64,000 nt of DNA from Alphaproteobacteria bacterium (GCA_045605805.1 JAZUQR010000021.1:1-64000); one strand, 5' to 3'. Shown: positions 41,547 through 51,810, numbered from the stretch's first letter. The notes: generated by a model from the sequence alone, not told the origin. Translations and numbers: made by a program.

Positions 41547-43379
41547 TTACTCAGTTTGTTTTTTTGTGCAGTTTCCGTTGTTCCATTGACAGCCCATCAA
41601 GGTACATGTTCCTTCGGCCTTAAAGCTGTTGCAATAGGTTTCCTCTGAGCCAGTTCTTCCTGAGGATGGTCTCTCAAATGTATATGAGCCATTTGTTGGT
41701 GACTCGTCAGTCCCATCGCCATTTATATCAATACCGTCTGGCCAGATGCAATAAACCGAGACTTCCAACACTGCACTCTCGTCTTCCGTAAAGCTATCAT
41801 CTGTCGATCCTTTATCTCCCACACAGGCGGTTTTTGTTATAGTTCCTCTGTAGCTTATTGCTACACCTTTGTTAGCAAGTTCTTCTACTTCTGTGTCACC
41901 ATCTAGGCTACAACTTCCCTCGTTTACAATCAAAACCACCCGTTCTTTGGCTTTTGCCAGTGTGTCCGGCAAGGTGACACTTATATCGTCGAGGTCGTGG
42001 GTGTGTCCACTTGTTTCGGCCGTAGTAGAACCATCAGTTATCTTTCCTTTATCATTTGTTGTGTTTATTTTCTCATCACTCCACGAAATTGGGTTTGCTC
42101 GTATCCCAACGACATAACCTTTTGGACAGTAATTTTCTGACAGTGTTACATTGACGTGTCCCCTCCCTCGTTTGACATCCTTCAAGATATAGTTGGGCAG
42201 GATTTCCGATAATTTAGCCCCGCCTCGGGACATCAATTTGACATCATTCATGACCGAGGTAAAGGCCGGATCCAACAGATAGTTTGTTTCTTGATTCTTG
42301 TTTTGCAGGTCTTGTGCTGTTGTACTAAACACAATTGCCCCTTCTTTTTTCAACTGAATGCCCGATTCTGCCCCAGATGGATCTGCCCCCACATGCAGGT
42401 CATTTAACACATATACATGGCCGGTTTCCTCGTCACTATCACCCCCTGTGGTCACCCAAAAAGCCGGTTGACAATTATTTGTACCGGGGGCGTAGATGTC
42501 GTCGCTTTGAATTTCAAACACCCCATCTGTTTCCTCAGCTCTTCTGTCTCCCCTAGTAAAACAATTACTATCTTGCCCAACCGTAAATTGTCCGTAGGCA
42601 TTCAAGTCTTGAAACGCCATAGACCAATGTTCTGTGGGCAAACCCACTTCAATCCTGGGCAGTTCAACCTCTGGTTGGAAAACATCCAATCCTGTCATCG
42701 CCACATAGGTCGGGATATTAGAGTTAAGAATCCCTTCGGCTGCCAAACTCCATGTACCAACCGAACCAACAATATCCGTGCCCGTGATATTTGGGTCATA
42801 AGCCCCCCCGTCAATGCCAACCAACATAGCCACACGGGCGGCCCGACGGAAGTTCCATGTCTCGTTATTTGTTCCCCCATCCGGCAACATTGTCCCTGGT
42901 TTTGGAACAACAACCCCGTAATAAGTTGGAATGGCAGCACTGCCTGTTCCCCGCAAATAGCCAAACAGATGAAAGTCATAATTGTCGGCTAAATAGTCTG
43001 CGTCTGCCCCTTCCTCAAAGAAATATCCGTCTGGCAGATATCTTCTTATATCCTCTAATATCTCCCCTAACGGAGTATCCTCTAACGGAATATCCTCTAA
43101 CGGATCGTTAAGACAAGGATTAACCACATTTTCCCCGATACCTGACATCTTACACATATCGTACAGTGGGGCTGTATTTGCATGAATCCAAGCCGAAAAA
43201 GCCTCTTTCACAATGCGGATTTCCGATGCCATTTGAATGTTATGTAATTCTTGGTTGCGTTGATAGATTTGCCGATACAGCACCGTTCCCATAAGCCCCA
43301 TCAGGCTTAATACGGCAACCACCTCTAACATAATTGCGCCGGATTCAGACTTTCTTTTTTCATTCTTTTTGAGCTTCAT
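41547..43379 (-). CDS. Large prepilin-type protein, PilV-like adhesin candidate
   Basis: Class III signal KRKSESG|AIMLEVVAVLSLMG with Glu at +5; 610 aa; Cys-containing C-terminus. Confidence 0.7.
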   Translation of the reverse strand: MKLKKNEKRKSESGAIMLEVVAVLSLMGLMGTVLYRQIYQRNQELHNIQMASEIRIVKEAFSAWIHANTAPLYDMCKMSGIGENVVNPCLNDPLEDIPLEDTPLGEILEDIRRYLPDGYFFEEGADADYLADNYDFHLFGYLRGTGSAAIPTYYGVVVPKPGTMLPDGGTNNETWNFRRAARVAMLVGIDGGAYDPNITGTDIVGSVGTWSLAAEGILNSNIPTYVAMTGLDVFQPEVELPRIEVGLPTEHWSMAFQDLNAYGQFTVGQDSNCFTRGDRRAEETDGVFEIQSDDIYAPGTNNCQPAFWVTTGGDSDEETGHVYVLNDLHVGADPSGAESGIQLKKEGAIVFSTTAQDLQNKNQETNYLLDPAFTSVMNDVKLMSRGGAKLSEILPNYILKDVKRGRGHVNVTLSENYCPKGYVVGIRANPISWSDEKINTTNDKGKITDGSTTAETSGHTHDLDDISVTLPDTLAKAKERVVLIVNEGSCSLDGDTEVEELANKGVAISYRGTITKTACVGDKGSTDDSFTEDESAVLEVSVYCIWPDGIDINGDGTDESPTNGSYTFERPSSGRTGSEETYCNSFKAEGTCTLMGCQWNNGNCTKKQTE

Positions 43380-43427
43380 TTTCTACTCCTGTTCTGTTTT
43401 TTCCTTTTCCTATGCAGTGGAATTAGC

Positions 43428-45038
43428 TTATTCTGCGGCAATAGGCACGGTATCCCTACCGAAGCGTTTGGTATCTATATCAAGCATTCTGTTTAATTGG
43501 TTTTTGGTTAATACCCTGTTGTCATAATATCTGACATTTAGCAATTTCACATTATTACTTGGGCCAAATGTGACGTTGGCTGTGCTCTCAAGGAGTGAAC
43601 CCACTACTGTCTGAATTGGTTGTCCATTCAAGTATAATGTCAAGGTTGTGCCTTCTTTCACAAGTTGCCAAATATACTTTTTAATACTTGTCTCATCCGA
43701 TAATGGCACTGTGTATAAGCTATCGGCGTCCCGATAGGAAAATGTCAATTCCCCCTCATCAACATACAGGGCATATGGTGCAGAAGAATCATTCAAAATG
43801 TTTCCGTTATTCAAATTGCCCTCTGTGACAAAAATCAATGTAAAGTTATTCGCTGGGTTTTGCTGAAAAGGCATGGTTATTGGATTGGTCAAAGTTGGTT
43901 GCCCATCAATTGCTACAATGTCGGCGTTTGGCGGAAGATAGATGCTGCCATTTAAGACTTTGTTTGTAAGAGAGGGCCATTGCGCTGTGCTCAACATAAA
44001 GGGAGCACCACGGGCGGCACTGTTGATACCGTCAAAATGATAGGTGGCAGGGGCAATGGATTCGTATGGGTTGTTTTTGACCTCACTGATACAAAAGAAC
44101 ACATCCTGCAAATCATTCTGTCCTTGAACTTGTGTCTCTGTATTGTTGACCATTTGTTCCAAAAAGCCTTGAATGCTGTGTGGCAACAATTTCATACAGC
44201 GATTGCCGTTATCAATGCAATATACTTCGCTTTGCTGTCCTTTCGATTCGTCAGGTTGGATTTTGTTTATCATGCCGACATTGGCGTTTATCCAGTGATA
44301 TTTTGGGTTATTTGTTTCATCTAATGGGGCCCGAAACAAAACGCCACAGTTGTGTGAGGCATGCGTGCGCCTTGTCATAGCCCTGCGCCACAGTTGTTTG
44401 CGAATTGCCTTGGGTTCGCCTTTTTCTTGCCACCACGCAGGCTCTAAAGTATCCGAATAGGTAATCACATAAGGGCGTACATCTTCACGAAATGATATCT
44501 GGCGGATTTCGTCTGCGGTTGCACAGCTTGCGCAAAATGAATCGTCAACAACTTCCCCCCCCGCAGGACATCCGCCTTCACACAAATAACGATAACAAGG
44601 GGCTAGGTTATTGCCGTCCAAACATATTAAAGCCGAATGATAACTGCCCGACAACTCTGTTCTATCTTGAAAACTCAAATATGATGTGTTGCTATCCTCG
44701 TTATAATGAAGCTCTGAAACCAGGCCATTAGGCAAAAACTCTTCAAGTTGCCCCCCTGGCAAGGCTATTGCACTGGCTTGCCCAACATATTGCACATTGA
44801 CATTACTTGCGAAAGCCTCTATTCCCGGTACACTAACACCGTTAACGCTTGAACCAGGCGCAACCATTCCCAACCAATAATAAAGATAATCCTTGGCGGC
44901 TTGATGCTGGTTCAAAAAACCAACCACATAGGCTTCGCCCTCGTAAGTATCCAATGACTGACGATGAGACACTGGGTCCATCAACACAATCAACAGACTA
45001 ACCAACAAAGACAAAAATGTTGCCAAATAAAGCATCAA
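43428..45038 (-). CDS. Membrane-anchored/secreted protein with probable C-terminal LamG/ConA-like domain
   Basis: N-terminal hydrophobic helix; Cys cluster; FTLIF...TLTLYLNGQ...NVRYYDNRVLT pattern. Confidence 0.65.
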   Translation of the reverse strand: MMLYLATFLSLLVSLLIVLMDPVSHRQSLDTYEGEAYVVGFLNQHQAAKDYLYYWLGMVAPGSSVNGVSVPGIEAFASNVNVQYVGQASAIALPGGQLEEFLPNGLVSELHYNEDSNTSYLSFQDRTELSGSYHSALICLDGNNLAPCYRYLCEGGCPAGGEVVDDSFCASCATADEIRQISFREDVRPYVITYSDTLEPAWWQEKGEPKAIRKQLWRRAMTRRTHASHNCGVLFRAPLDETNNPKYHWINANVGMINKIQPDESKGQQSEVYCIDNGNRCMKLLPHSIQGFLEQMVNNTETQVQGQNDLQDVFFCISEVKNNPYESIAPATYHFDGINSAARGAPFMLSTAQWPSLTNKVLNGSIYLPPNADIVAIDGQPTLTNPITMPFQQNPANNFTLIFVTEGNLNNGNILNDSSAPYALYVDEGELTFSYRDADSLYTVPLSDETSIKKYIWQLVKEGTTLTLYLNGQPIQTVVGSLLESTANVTFGPSNNVKLLNVRYYDNRVLTKNQLNRMLDIDTKRFGRDTVPIAAE

Positions 45039-45059
45039 ACAACTCCCTTTTTGGATATT

Positions 45060-45836
45060 CTAAAATGATTTTTTATTTTTCGCAAGCGTTTTTTTCTTTT
45101 TTTCCCCCAGAACCGACAAAACATTATACAAGGTTTTAAGTTCCGAGTCTGTTAGACCGTTTCTTTCAAAGATATTATGCAAATTACGCTTCATTCTTTC
45201 TTTTTTTTCTTCAAAGGCATAATAGCCTTTTTCTTCCAACAGCGCATCCATTTTTTTCAAAAAAAGCGATAGTTCCTTTTTTGTGGCTGAACGCCCCGAT
45301 CCTTGCACCAATGTTTCTTGGGGCAACAAATTGCGGGTCCACCAATGATAGGCCATCAACAAAACTGCTTGTGACAGATTCAACGAACTGTGGGCAGGAT
45401 TTAATGGGATTTGCACAAGCATATCAGACAAAATCAAATCATTATTTTCCAAACCTGTGCGCTCGGGACCAAAGACCCATGCCACCTTGGCCTCTGTTTG
45501 AATGTGAATGTCCGACTTTTGGGCAGCAATCTCGGGTGTTATCAAGGGTTTTGTCATATCCCGCAGACGGGCTGTTGTAGCCAGCACACAATGAACATCT
45601 TCCAAAGCATTCCTTAAAGAATCATAGCTTTTGGCGTTTTCCAAAATCTCCGCAGCGCCAGAGGAAGCTGAAACAGCTTTTGGCGACAACCAATCCTCTC
45701 GTGGGGAAACTAAACGCAATTCGCAAAGCCCACAATTCATCATTGCTCGGGCCACCATACCTATATTTTCCGCTAGCTGCGGCCGCACAAGCACAATGAT
45801 TGGAGCTTCGCCTTTTTGTAAGGGGACTTTTTTCAT
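45060..45836 (-). CDS. trmJ: tRNA/rRNA methyltransferase TrmJ/LasT family
   Basis: ENIGMVARAMMNCG, ATTAR, FGPERTGL, SLNLSQAV. Confidence 0.92.
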   Translation of the reverse strand: MKKVPLQKGEAPIIVLVRPQLAENIGMVARAMMNCGLCELRLVSPREDWLSPKAVSASSGAAEILENAKSYDSLRNALEDVHCVLATTARLRDMTKPLITPEIAAQKSDIHIQTEAKVAWVFGPERTGLENNDLILSDMLVQIPLNPAHSSLNLSQAVLLMAYHWWTRNLLPQETLVQGSGRSATKKELSLFLKKMDALLEEKGYYAFEEKKERMKRNLHNIFERNGLTDSELKTLYNVLSVLGEKKKKTLAKNKKSF

Positions 45837-45842
45837 ACAAAA

Positions 45843-46655
45843 TTATTTTTTCTTTTGAACAGTGGGCTTTTTAAGTTGGCCTTGCGTTTGAGGTTGCACG
45901 GCAGGGCCTTTTGCCTGTTGTTCTGGCTGAGGCTTAGCTTGTGCTTTTTTTTCGGATTTAGCCTGTTTTTCTCTCTTTTGCTGTTCTTGATAGCGTTTGA
46001 AATTCTTTTCAGATTCATACACCGTTTTTTCCCAACCTTTTGGCAACTGAGATGTATCTATGCCCATTTCCTTGATTTCTTTTACCGTTAGGGGTTTTTG
46101 TATAGACACCTGTTTTTGCCCCAGTTGTTCCTTTCCGACCAACTCCATTTGCTTTAAGGCCTTTGCGTGCATAGCTTTTAATTCATCCTGTGAGGCACGC
46201 ACATCTTCAAATGTTCCTGTTAAATCGGGCGTTTTTAACCCCATCAATCTTTCAGACGGATTTTCGGATTCAGATGTTGTTGGTTGCCAATAATCAACCA
46301 TTGTCTCTTCGCCCATTTTTTGTCGGGAAAAGGCGATACCTGCTTTTTCACTTGCCCCCTGACCTGCGATTTGGTCAAACAATCGGTTTGGATCATTTTG
46401 CAACAGATAGGCCATATTTTCCATGGACTTCACATTTTCCATTGTCACATTATTGCGATATCTTTCCAGCGAGGAGATCGTTTCCTTTGTCATGGCTGTA
46501 TCACCCAATTGTTGAATTTTTTTCGTCTCGGGCCGAAGTGTCATATCAGGTTTGCTAACTTTCACTTTTGGAATAGTCAGCCTTTGCTCTGGAACAACCG
46601 ATGCATATGCAACACTTGCTATTCCCATCAACATCAAAATAAGAATCTTTTTCAT
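45843..46655 (-). CDS. Hypothetical secreted protein
   Basis: Sec signal (AYA), Gln/Lys-rich C-terminus. Confidence 0.7.
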   Translation of the reverse strand: MKKILILMLMGIASVAYASVVPEQRLTIPKVKVSKPDMTLRPETKKIQQLGDTAMTKETISSLERYRNNVTMENVKSMENMAYLLQNDPNRLFDQIAGQGASEKAGIAFSRQKMGEETMVDYWQPTTSESENPSERLMGLKTPDLTGTFEDVRASQDELKAMHAKALKQMELVGKEQLGQKQVSIQKPLTVKEIKEMGIDTSQLPKGWEKTVYESEKNFKRYQEQQKREKQAKSEKKAQAKPQPEQQAKGPAVQPQTQGQLKKPTVQKKK

Positions 46656-46674
46656 TTAGTCCCCCTTTTTTTGT

Positions 46675-47454
46675 TTATTGTGAACTTACTTTTTTTAATT
46701 TCAAAAACACCCATACACACACCGGTATTGACATCAGGTATAAAACCCCCAACACACCCATTGTCACCCATGGGGCAGAGATAATACCCGCCACAAAAGC
46801 AAACATCGCAAACATCAATACAGAACGCATTTTCTTACCAGGATGCAAATGCTTTAAGCAAATTGTTGGGATTTTACTGGCCATCATCACGCCCGCAAAA
46901 ATGACAAAACATGTAGCAATAATCGGATTCCGGAACAGCTCTACCTTTTCATTGCAGGCCATCCATAAAATCAATGGCAAAAGTGCCAAACCTGCCCCAG
47001 CTGGAGCCGGCACCCCCATGAAAAAATGGGTCCAATAGGAGGGTTGTTTTTCGTCTAACATCGTATTAAAGCGAGCCAAGCGACTTGCACAACATACAGC
47101 CAGAAATAAAACAACACCCCAATGAAGCCCAATGGCATCTGACCGATAGGCGATGTCTTTTAAGGCTTCCATTCGCAAGCCCTCATTCATTGTCCAATTG
47201 TACATTAAAAATCCAGGGGCCACCCCAAAACTTACAAAATCAGACAGTGAATCCAATTCGGCACCAAACCGGCTTGAAACCCCCAATAAGCGAGCCACTT
47301 TACCATCCATAAAATCAAAAAAACCGGACAACAAAATAAACACTACGGCCATATCCCATTTCCCCCACAAAGCCATATTCATTGAGGAAACACCACAGGC
47401 TAATGCCATCATTGTCACAGCATTTGGACACCAAGGTTTCAATTTTTCAGTCAT
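46675..47454 (-). CDS. pssA: Phosphatidylserine synthase (CDP-alcohol phosphatidyltransferase)
   Basis: DFMDGKVAR...GAELDSLSD.VSFGVAP, RLARFN, F.GVPAP. Confidence 0.92.
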   Translation of the reverse strand: MTEKLKPWCPNAVTMMALACGVSSMNMALWGKWDMAVVFILLSGFFDFMDGKVARLLGVSSRFGAELDSLSDFVSFGVAPGFLMYNWTMNEGLRMEALKDIAYRSDAIGLHWGVVLFLAVCCASRLARFNTMLDEKQPSYWTHFFMGVPAPAGAGLALLPLILWMACNEKVELFRNPIIATCFVIFAGVMMASKIPTICLKHLHPGKKMRSVLMFAMFAFVAGIISAPWVTMGVLGVLYLMSIPVCVWVFLKLKKVSSQ

Positions 47455-48167
47455 TTATTTTTCCCTTCTTTCATATCTGCCAAAATTGTTTCGCCGGCCA
47501 CAGCCACCTGCCCAAGCAAAACCTTTGGCACAACCCCTTTTGGCAAAAACACATCTAAACGTGAACCAAAACGAATCATCCCAAACACCTCGCCTGCTTT
47601 TAATTTATCCCCTACTTTTAAGGGACAATAAATGCGACGTGCCACCAAACCAGCAATTTGGATAAAGCCGATTTTTTCACCGTTAGAGGCTGTCATCCCA
47701 ATCAATTGCCGTTCATTATCTTCGCTGTCTTTATCAGCAACGGAAACAAACTTGCCAGGGATATATTCCAAATGGGTGACCTCTCCTGTCACGGGTGTGC
47801 GATTCACATGCACCGAAAAAACACTCATAAAAATGCTGATTCTAATCAGTTTTTCATTTCCAAGACCCAAGGCCTTTGGCGGCACCATTTCTTTGATATT
47901 ACTGACAATACCATCTGCGGGTGAAATAATCAGATTTTCACCAGCAGGTGTGAAACGATCTGGATTTCTGAAAAAATAGTATGAAAAAGCCAACACAGGC
48001 AAACCAATGAACCACACACCATTCCACAGTAATCCTAACACCCAAAAAAAGGCCAACATTGCAAAGAGGATTTTTTTTCCCTCTTTATGAATTGCCGGCA
48101 ATAGGTAGCGTTGCCATGACAAATCAACCGCTTTTACTTGTTCGGGTGTGGGCAATTTATAAGTCAT
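47451..48167 (-). CDS. psd: Phosphatidylserine decarboxylase
   Basis: FFRNP, SPADG, VHVNR, NER, IRFGSR. Confidence 0.94.
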   Translation of the reverse strand: MTYKLPTPEQVKAVDLSWQRYLLPAIHKEGKKILFAMLAFFWVLGLLWNGVWFIGLPVLAFSYYFFRNPDRFTPAGENLIISPADGIVSNIKEMVPPKALGLGNEKLIRISIFMSVFSVHVNRTPVTGEVTHLEYIPGKFVSVADKDSEDNERQLIGMTASNGEKIGFIQIAGLVARRIYCPLKVGDKLKAGEVFGMIRFGSRLDVFLPKGVVPKVLLGQVAVAGETILADMKEGKNK

Positions 48168-48183
48168 TTTTTCTCCTTAACTC

Positions 48184-48489
48184 CTAATCTTCAAAAGTAT
48201 ACAATGTATCAAACCGAGCGGCATACAACACATCTTTGACTTTTCCTTGTGCCCCTTTGATGGACAAGCTAACCTCTTTGGCAGCCGCTTCATCGTGTGC
48301 AATTACCAACATTCCCAAGGCGGCAGAATCCAAAAAATCGCATTCTGAAAAATCAAAAACCATATTTTTGTTATAGCCCGTTTTAATCATAGAAACAATT
48401 TCAAAGAAGGTATCATGATCCCGAAAAGTGAATGAACCACTCATTTGGATTGCAACACCGTCTTTCAAATTTGTTGTTTTATAATTCAT
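48184..48489 (-). CDS. STAS-domain (anti-anti-sigma) protein
   Basis: DFS..FLDSAALGML. Confidence 0.85.
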   Translation of the reverse strand: MNYKTTNLKDGVAIQMSGSFTFRDHDTFFEIVSMIKTGYNKNMVFDFSECDFLDSAALGMLVIAHDEAAAKEVSLSIKGAQGKVKDVLYAARFDTLYTFED

Positions 48490-48524
48490 TTTTTTTCTCC
48501 CATTTTTTTGAGTTTTACCAAATC

Positions 48525-49277
48525 TTATACTTTCAGCCTAGACTTTTTTTTATCCTTCGTCAAGCACTTTTTTTTAGAAAATACAAAATAAATTGGTGTC
48601 CGCCCTGCCTCAATTCCCTTTTGTTCATATCGGGTTGGCACCCAATCTGTTGGAGCTTTGTGTAAGTCTTTGTTCTTTAACGAAAACTTTTTGAAAATGG
48701 CCATTTGCTCTTGAACCCAGTCGGCATAACCGGCCACATCCGTTGCCACAAACAAGCACCCTGTTGGACTTAGCAACCGATATAATTCTGGCAGATTTGC
48801 CTGATTGATAAAGCGTCTTTCGGCATGGCGTGCTTTGGGCCAAGGATCCGGATACAGCACAAAAATGCGTTCAAAAACACCATCCGGCAGATGTTCAAAC
48901 ACCGGACGAATATCATCTGGCCAAATTCGTACATTATCCGAACGCCCTTCTTCCAAATCTGTTTCAGGGCGAGGAAAACGGTGTGACCCATTCAAATGGG
49001 CCAACAGCGAAGACACCCCGTTCAAGAAAGGTTCTGCACCGATGAAACCCACTTTTTTGTTGATTTTGGCAAGCTCGGCCACATGTTCGCCACCGCCAAA
49101 GCCAATTTCAAGCCAGATTTCTTTTGGCTTAAACGGAAAGATTTTTGTCATATTTATCATACCTTTTTCGGGCACTTCCAATTTTACTTTTGGCAATAAG
49201 TTGTCCATCAATCTTTCTCTGGATGCCCCAATTGTTTTTCCTTTTCTGCGTCCGAAAAAGCGTAACATATTTTCCAT
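48525..49277 (-). CDS. trmB: tRNA (guanine-N7)-methyltransferase
   Basis: LEIGFGGGEH, YPDPWPK, ATD, TRYEQK. Confidence 0.94.
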   Translation of the reverse strand: MENMLRFFGRRKGKTIGASRERLMDNLLPKVKLEVPEKGMINMTKIFPFKPKEIWLEIGFGGGEHVAELAKINKKVGFIGAEPFLNGVSSLLAHLNGSHRFPRPETDLEEGRSDNVRIWPDDIRPVFEHLPDGVFERIFVLYPDPWPKARHAERRFINQANLPELYRLLSPTGCLFVATDVAGYADWVQEQMAIFKKFSLKNKDLHKAPTDWVPTRYEQKGIEAGRTPIYFVFSKKKCLTKDKKKSRLKV

Positions 49278-49290
49278 TTTTGACCTTTCT

Positions 49291-51753
49291 TTATATTGTA
49301 GGTTTCATATTCCAAATCTCATCTGCATATTCACGCACCGTTCTGTCAATTGAAAAATATCCTGAACGGGCGGTGTTCAACAAAGACTTTTGTGCCCATT
49401 TGCGTTGAGCTTTATAATCTTTTCCAATCTTATCTTGAACAGCCACATACGAAGCAAAATCCGCCAATAATAAATAATAGTCCTTAAACATTATGTTTTG
49501 GAAGATTTCCATAAACAGATTTTTGTCTTCGTTTGGTGTCCATGTACCGTCCACCATACTGTCCATCACTCGCTTGATGCGGGGATCATTGTTATAAAAA
49601 TCCCATGGACGGTGTGAATTAGTTTCGTGGCGAGCCTGTACCTCCTCTGCCGTCAAACCGAACAAATAGAAGTTTTCTTTACCAACTGCCTCCAAAATCT
49701 CAACATTTGCCCCATCCAGCGTGCCAACTGTGACTGCCCCATTCATAGCCAGTTTCATATTCCCTGTGCCAGAGGCTTCAAAACCGGCAGTGGAGATTTG
49801 TTCGCTGACATCCGCAGCCGGAATTACCATTTCCGCCACAGAAACTTTATAGTCAGGAATAAAAACCACTTTTATTTGATCTTTTACCCGTTTATCGTTA
49901 TTGATGACATTAGCCATATTATTTATCAGCTTGATAATGCGTTTGGCAAACACATAACCTGGGGCTGCTTTACCCGAGAAGATGTAAACTCTGGGGGATG
50001 GCAACTTTTGTCCTTCCTCGGTTATCTGGAAGTATTGATGCATAATATGCAATACATTCAACAATTGGCGTTTATATTCGTGAATGCGCTTTACATGCAC
50101 ATCAAACAATGCTTTTGAACTTACTTCAATACCTAATGTCTTTTTGATATACTGGACCAACTGTTCTTTGCGGGCTTGTTGAATGGATGTCATTTCTGTT
50201 AAAAACTTATCATCTTCTACAAACTTTTCCAATTTTTTCAATTCTGTTAAATCTGTAATCCACTTATCCCCGATATGCTGTGTGATAAAAGAAGACAATT
50301 CCATATCTGACAGCAACAGCCATCTTCTTGGGGTGACACCATTGGTTTTGTTATTAAACTTTTGTGGCCACATTTCATAAAAATCAGGCATCAGTTTATG
50401 TTTAACCAATTCACTGTGGATTTTGGCCACCCCGTTCACCGAGAACGACCCAACAACAGCCAAATGAGCCATCCGCACCTGTTTTTCATAGCCTTCCTCT
50501 ATTAAACTCATGCGGGCCAGTTTTGCATTATCCCCTGGATAGCGTGTGCGCACTTGATGCATCAACCATTCATTGATTTCATAGATAATCAACAAGTGGC
50601 GTGGCAGATATTTTTCAAACAAAGCCACAGGCCATTTTTCCAACGCTTCCGGCAACAAAGTGTGGTTTGTATAGGCCATACAGCGGCCGGTGATATCAAA
50701 GGCTTTCTCCCATTCCAAATGATAGACATCCAACAAGACACGCATCAATTCCACAATCGCCAAGGTTGGATGTGTATCGTTTAATTGCAAAACAACTTTA
50801 TTGGGCAATTCTTCAAAGCCAACGCCTTCCTCATTAAAACGACGCAAGATATCTTGAATCACGCAAGACACAAAGAAATACTGTTGAATCAGACGCAATT
50901 CCTTCCCTTCGGCCACTTCATCAGACGGATACAGAACTTTGGATATTGTTTCCACACGGATATTTTCTTCCACTGCGGCCACATAGCCCCCCTTATTAAA
51001 CAGGTCTAAATCCAACACATTATTGGACTTGGCCGAAAACAAACGCAAATAATTTACAGTTTTTGCGCCATAGCCTACAATCGGCATATCAAATGGGATG
51101 CCCAAGATATTGCTTGTATCTACCCAACACGGCAGCCGAACACCGTTTTTTTCTTCGTACTCTATACGACCACGCAATTTGACAAGGCATGCACGGTCGG
51201 CTCGTTCAATTTGCCACGGGGATTGCGTTGCCAACCATGAATCGGCTCGTTCTTTTTGCCATCCGTTTTCAAAGTATTGCTTAAATAAGCCAAATTGATA
51301 GTTGATGCCATAGCCATACCCCGCATAGCCCTGTGTGGCGACAGAGTCCAAAATACAGGCGGCCAACCGCCCCAAACCACCGTTGCCCAGTGCGGGATCA
51401 TATTCTTCTTCAATGATACTTTCCAATGAAATTGGATTATCCAAATGAACCTCTTTTAACACATCCATCAATTGAAAGTTCATCAGGTTATTAGACAGCA
51501 ATCGCCCCAACAAGTACTCCAACGACAGATAGTACATACGCTTTTTTGCTTTTTTCTTATGGCGAGCCGCTGTTTCAAAAACCTGATCCATACACAAATC
51601 ACGCATTGCCAATGACAAAGCACTTAGCAGATGGCTTTTATGTGCTTCGCACACCCGTTTTGACAGCGAGTATTTCAAATGCCATTCAATGCGTTCTTGT
51701 AATTCTTTGGCTGTAATGCCTTTTTTCTTTGTTTCAAGTTTTTTTTGAACCAT
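49291..51753 (-). CDS. glgP: Glycogen/alpha-glucan phosphorylase
   Basis: LGNGGLGRLAAC, NDTHP, KRIHEYKRQ, EASGTGNMK. Confidence 0.97.
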   Translation of the reverse strand: MVQKKLETKKKGITAKELQERIEWHLKYSLSKRVCEAHKSHLLSALSLAMRDLCMDQVFETAARHKKKAKKRMYYLSLEYLLGRLLSNNLMNFQLMDVLKEVHLDNPISLESIIEEEYDPALGNGGLGRLAACILDSVATQGYAGYGYGINYQFGLFKQYFENGWQKERADSWLATQSPWQIERADRACLVKLRGRIEYEEKNGVRLPCWVDTSNILGIPFDMPIVGYGAKTVNYLRLFSAKSNNVLDLDLFNKGGYVAAVEENIRVETISKVLYPSDEVAEGKELRLIQQYFFVSCVIQDILRRFNEEGVGFEELPNKVVLQLNDTHPTLAIVELMRVLLDVYHLEWEKAFDITGRCMAYTNHTLLPEALEKWPVALFEKYLPRHLLIIYEINEWLMHQVRTRYPGDNAKLARMSLIEEGYEKQVRMAHLAVVGSFSVNGVAKIHSELVKHKLMPDFYEMWPQKFNNKTNGVTPRRWLLLSDMELSSFITQHIGDKWITDLTELKKLEKFVEDDKFLTEMTSIQQARKEQLVQYIKKTLGIEVSSKALFDVHVKRIHEYKRQLLNVLHIMHQYFQITEEGQKLPSPRVYIFSGKAAPGYVFAKRIIKLINNMANVINNDKRVKDQIKVVFIPDYKVSVAEMVIPAADVSEQISTAGFEASGTGNMKLAMNGAVTVGTLDGANVEILEAVGKENFYLFGLTAEEVQARHETNSHRPWDFYNNDPRIKRVMDSMVDGTWTPNEDKNLFMEIFQNIMFKDYYLLLADFASYVAVQDKIGKDYKAQRKWAQKSLLNTARSGYFSIDRTVREYADEIWNMKPTI

Positions 51754-51810
51754 ATTTTCCCCCTATATTTTACAAGAAAGATAACCGACTTTTTTTTATA
51801 TTGCAAGTTT

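Noticed and set aside
41482-43379. Shufflon or diversity-generating retroelement acting on the PilV-like gene
   Set aside because: No recombinase or reverse transcriptase, and no inverted cassettes or template/variable repeat pair seen.
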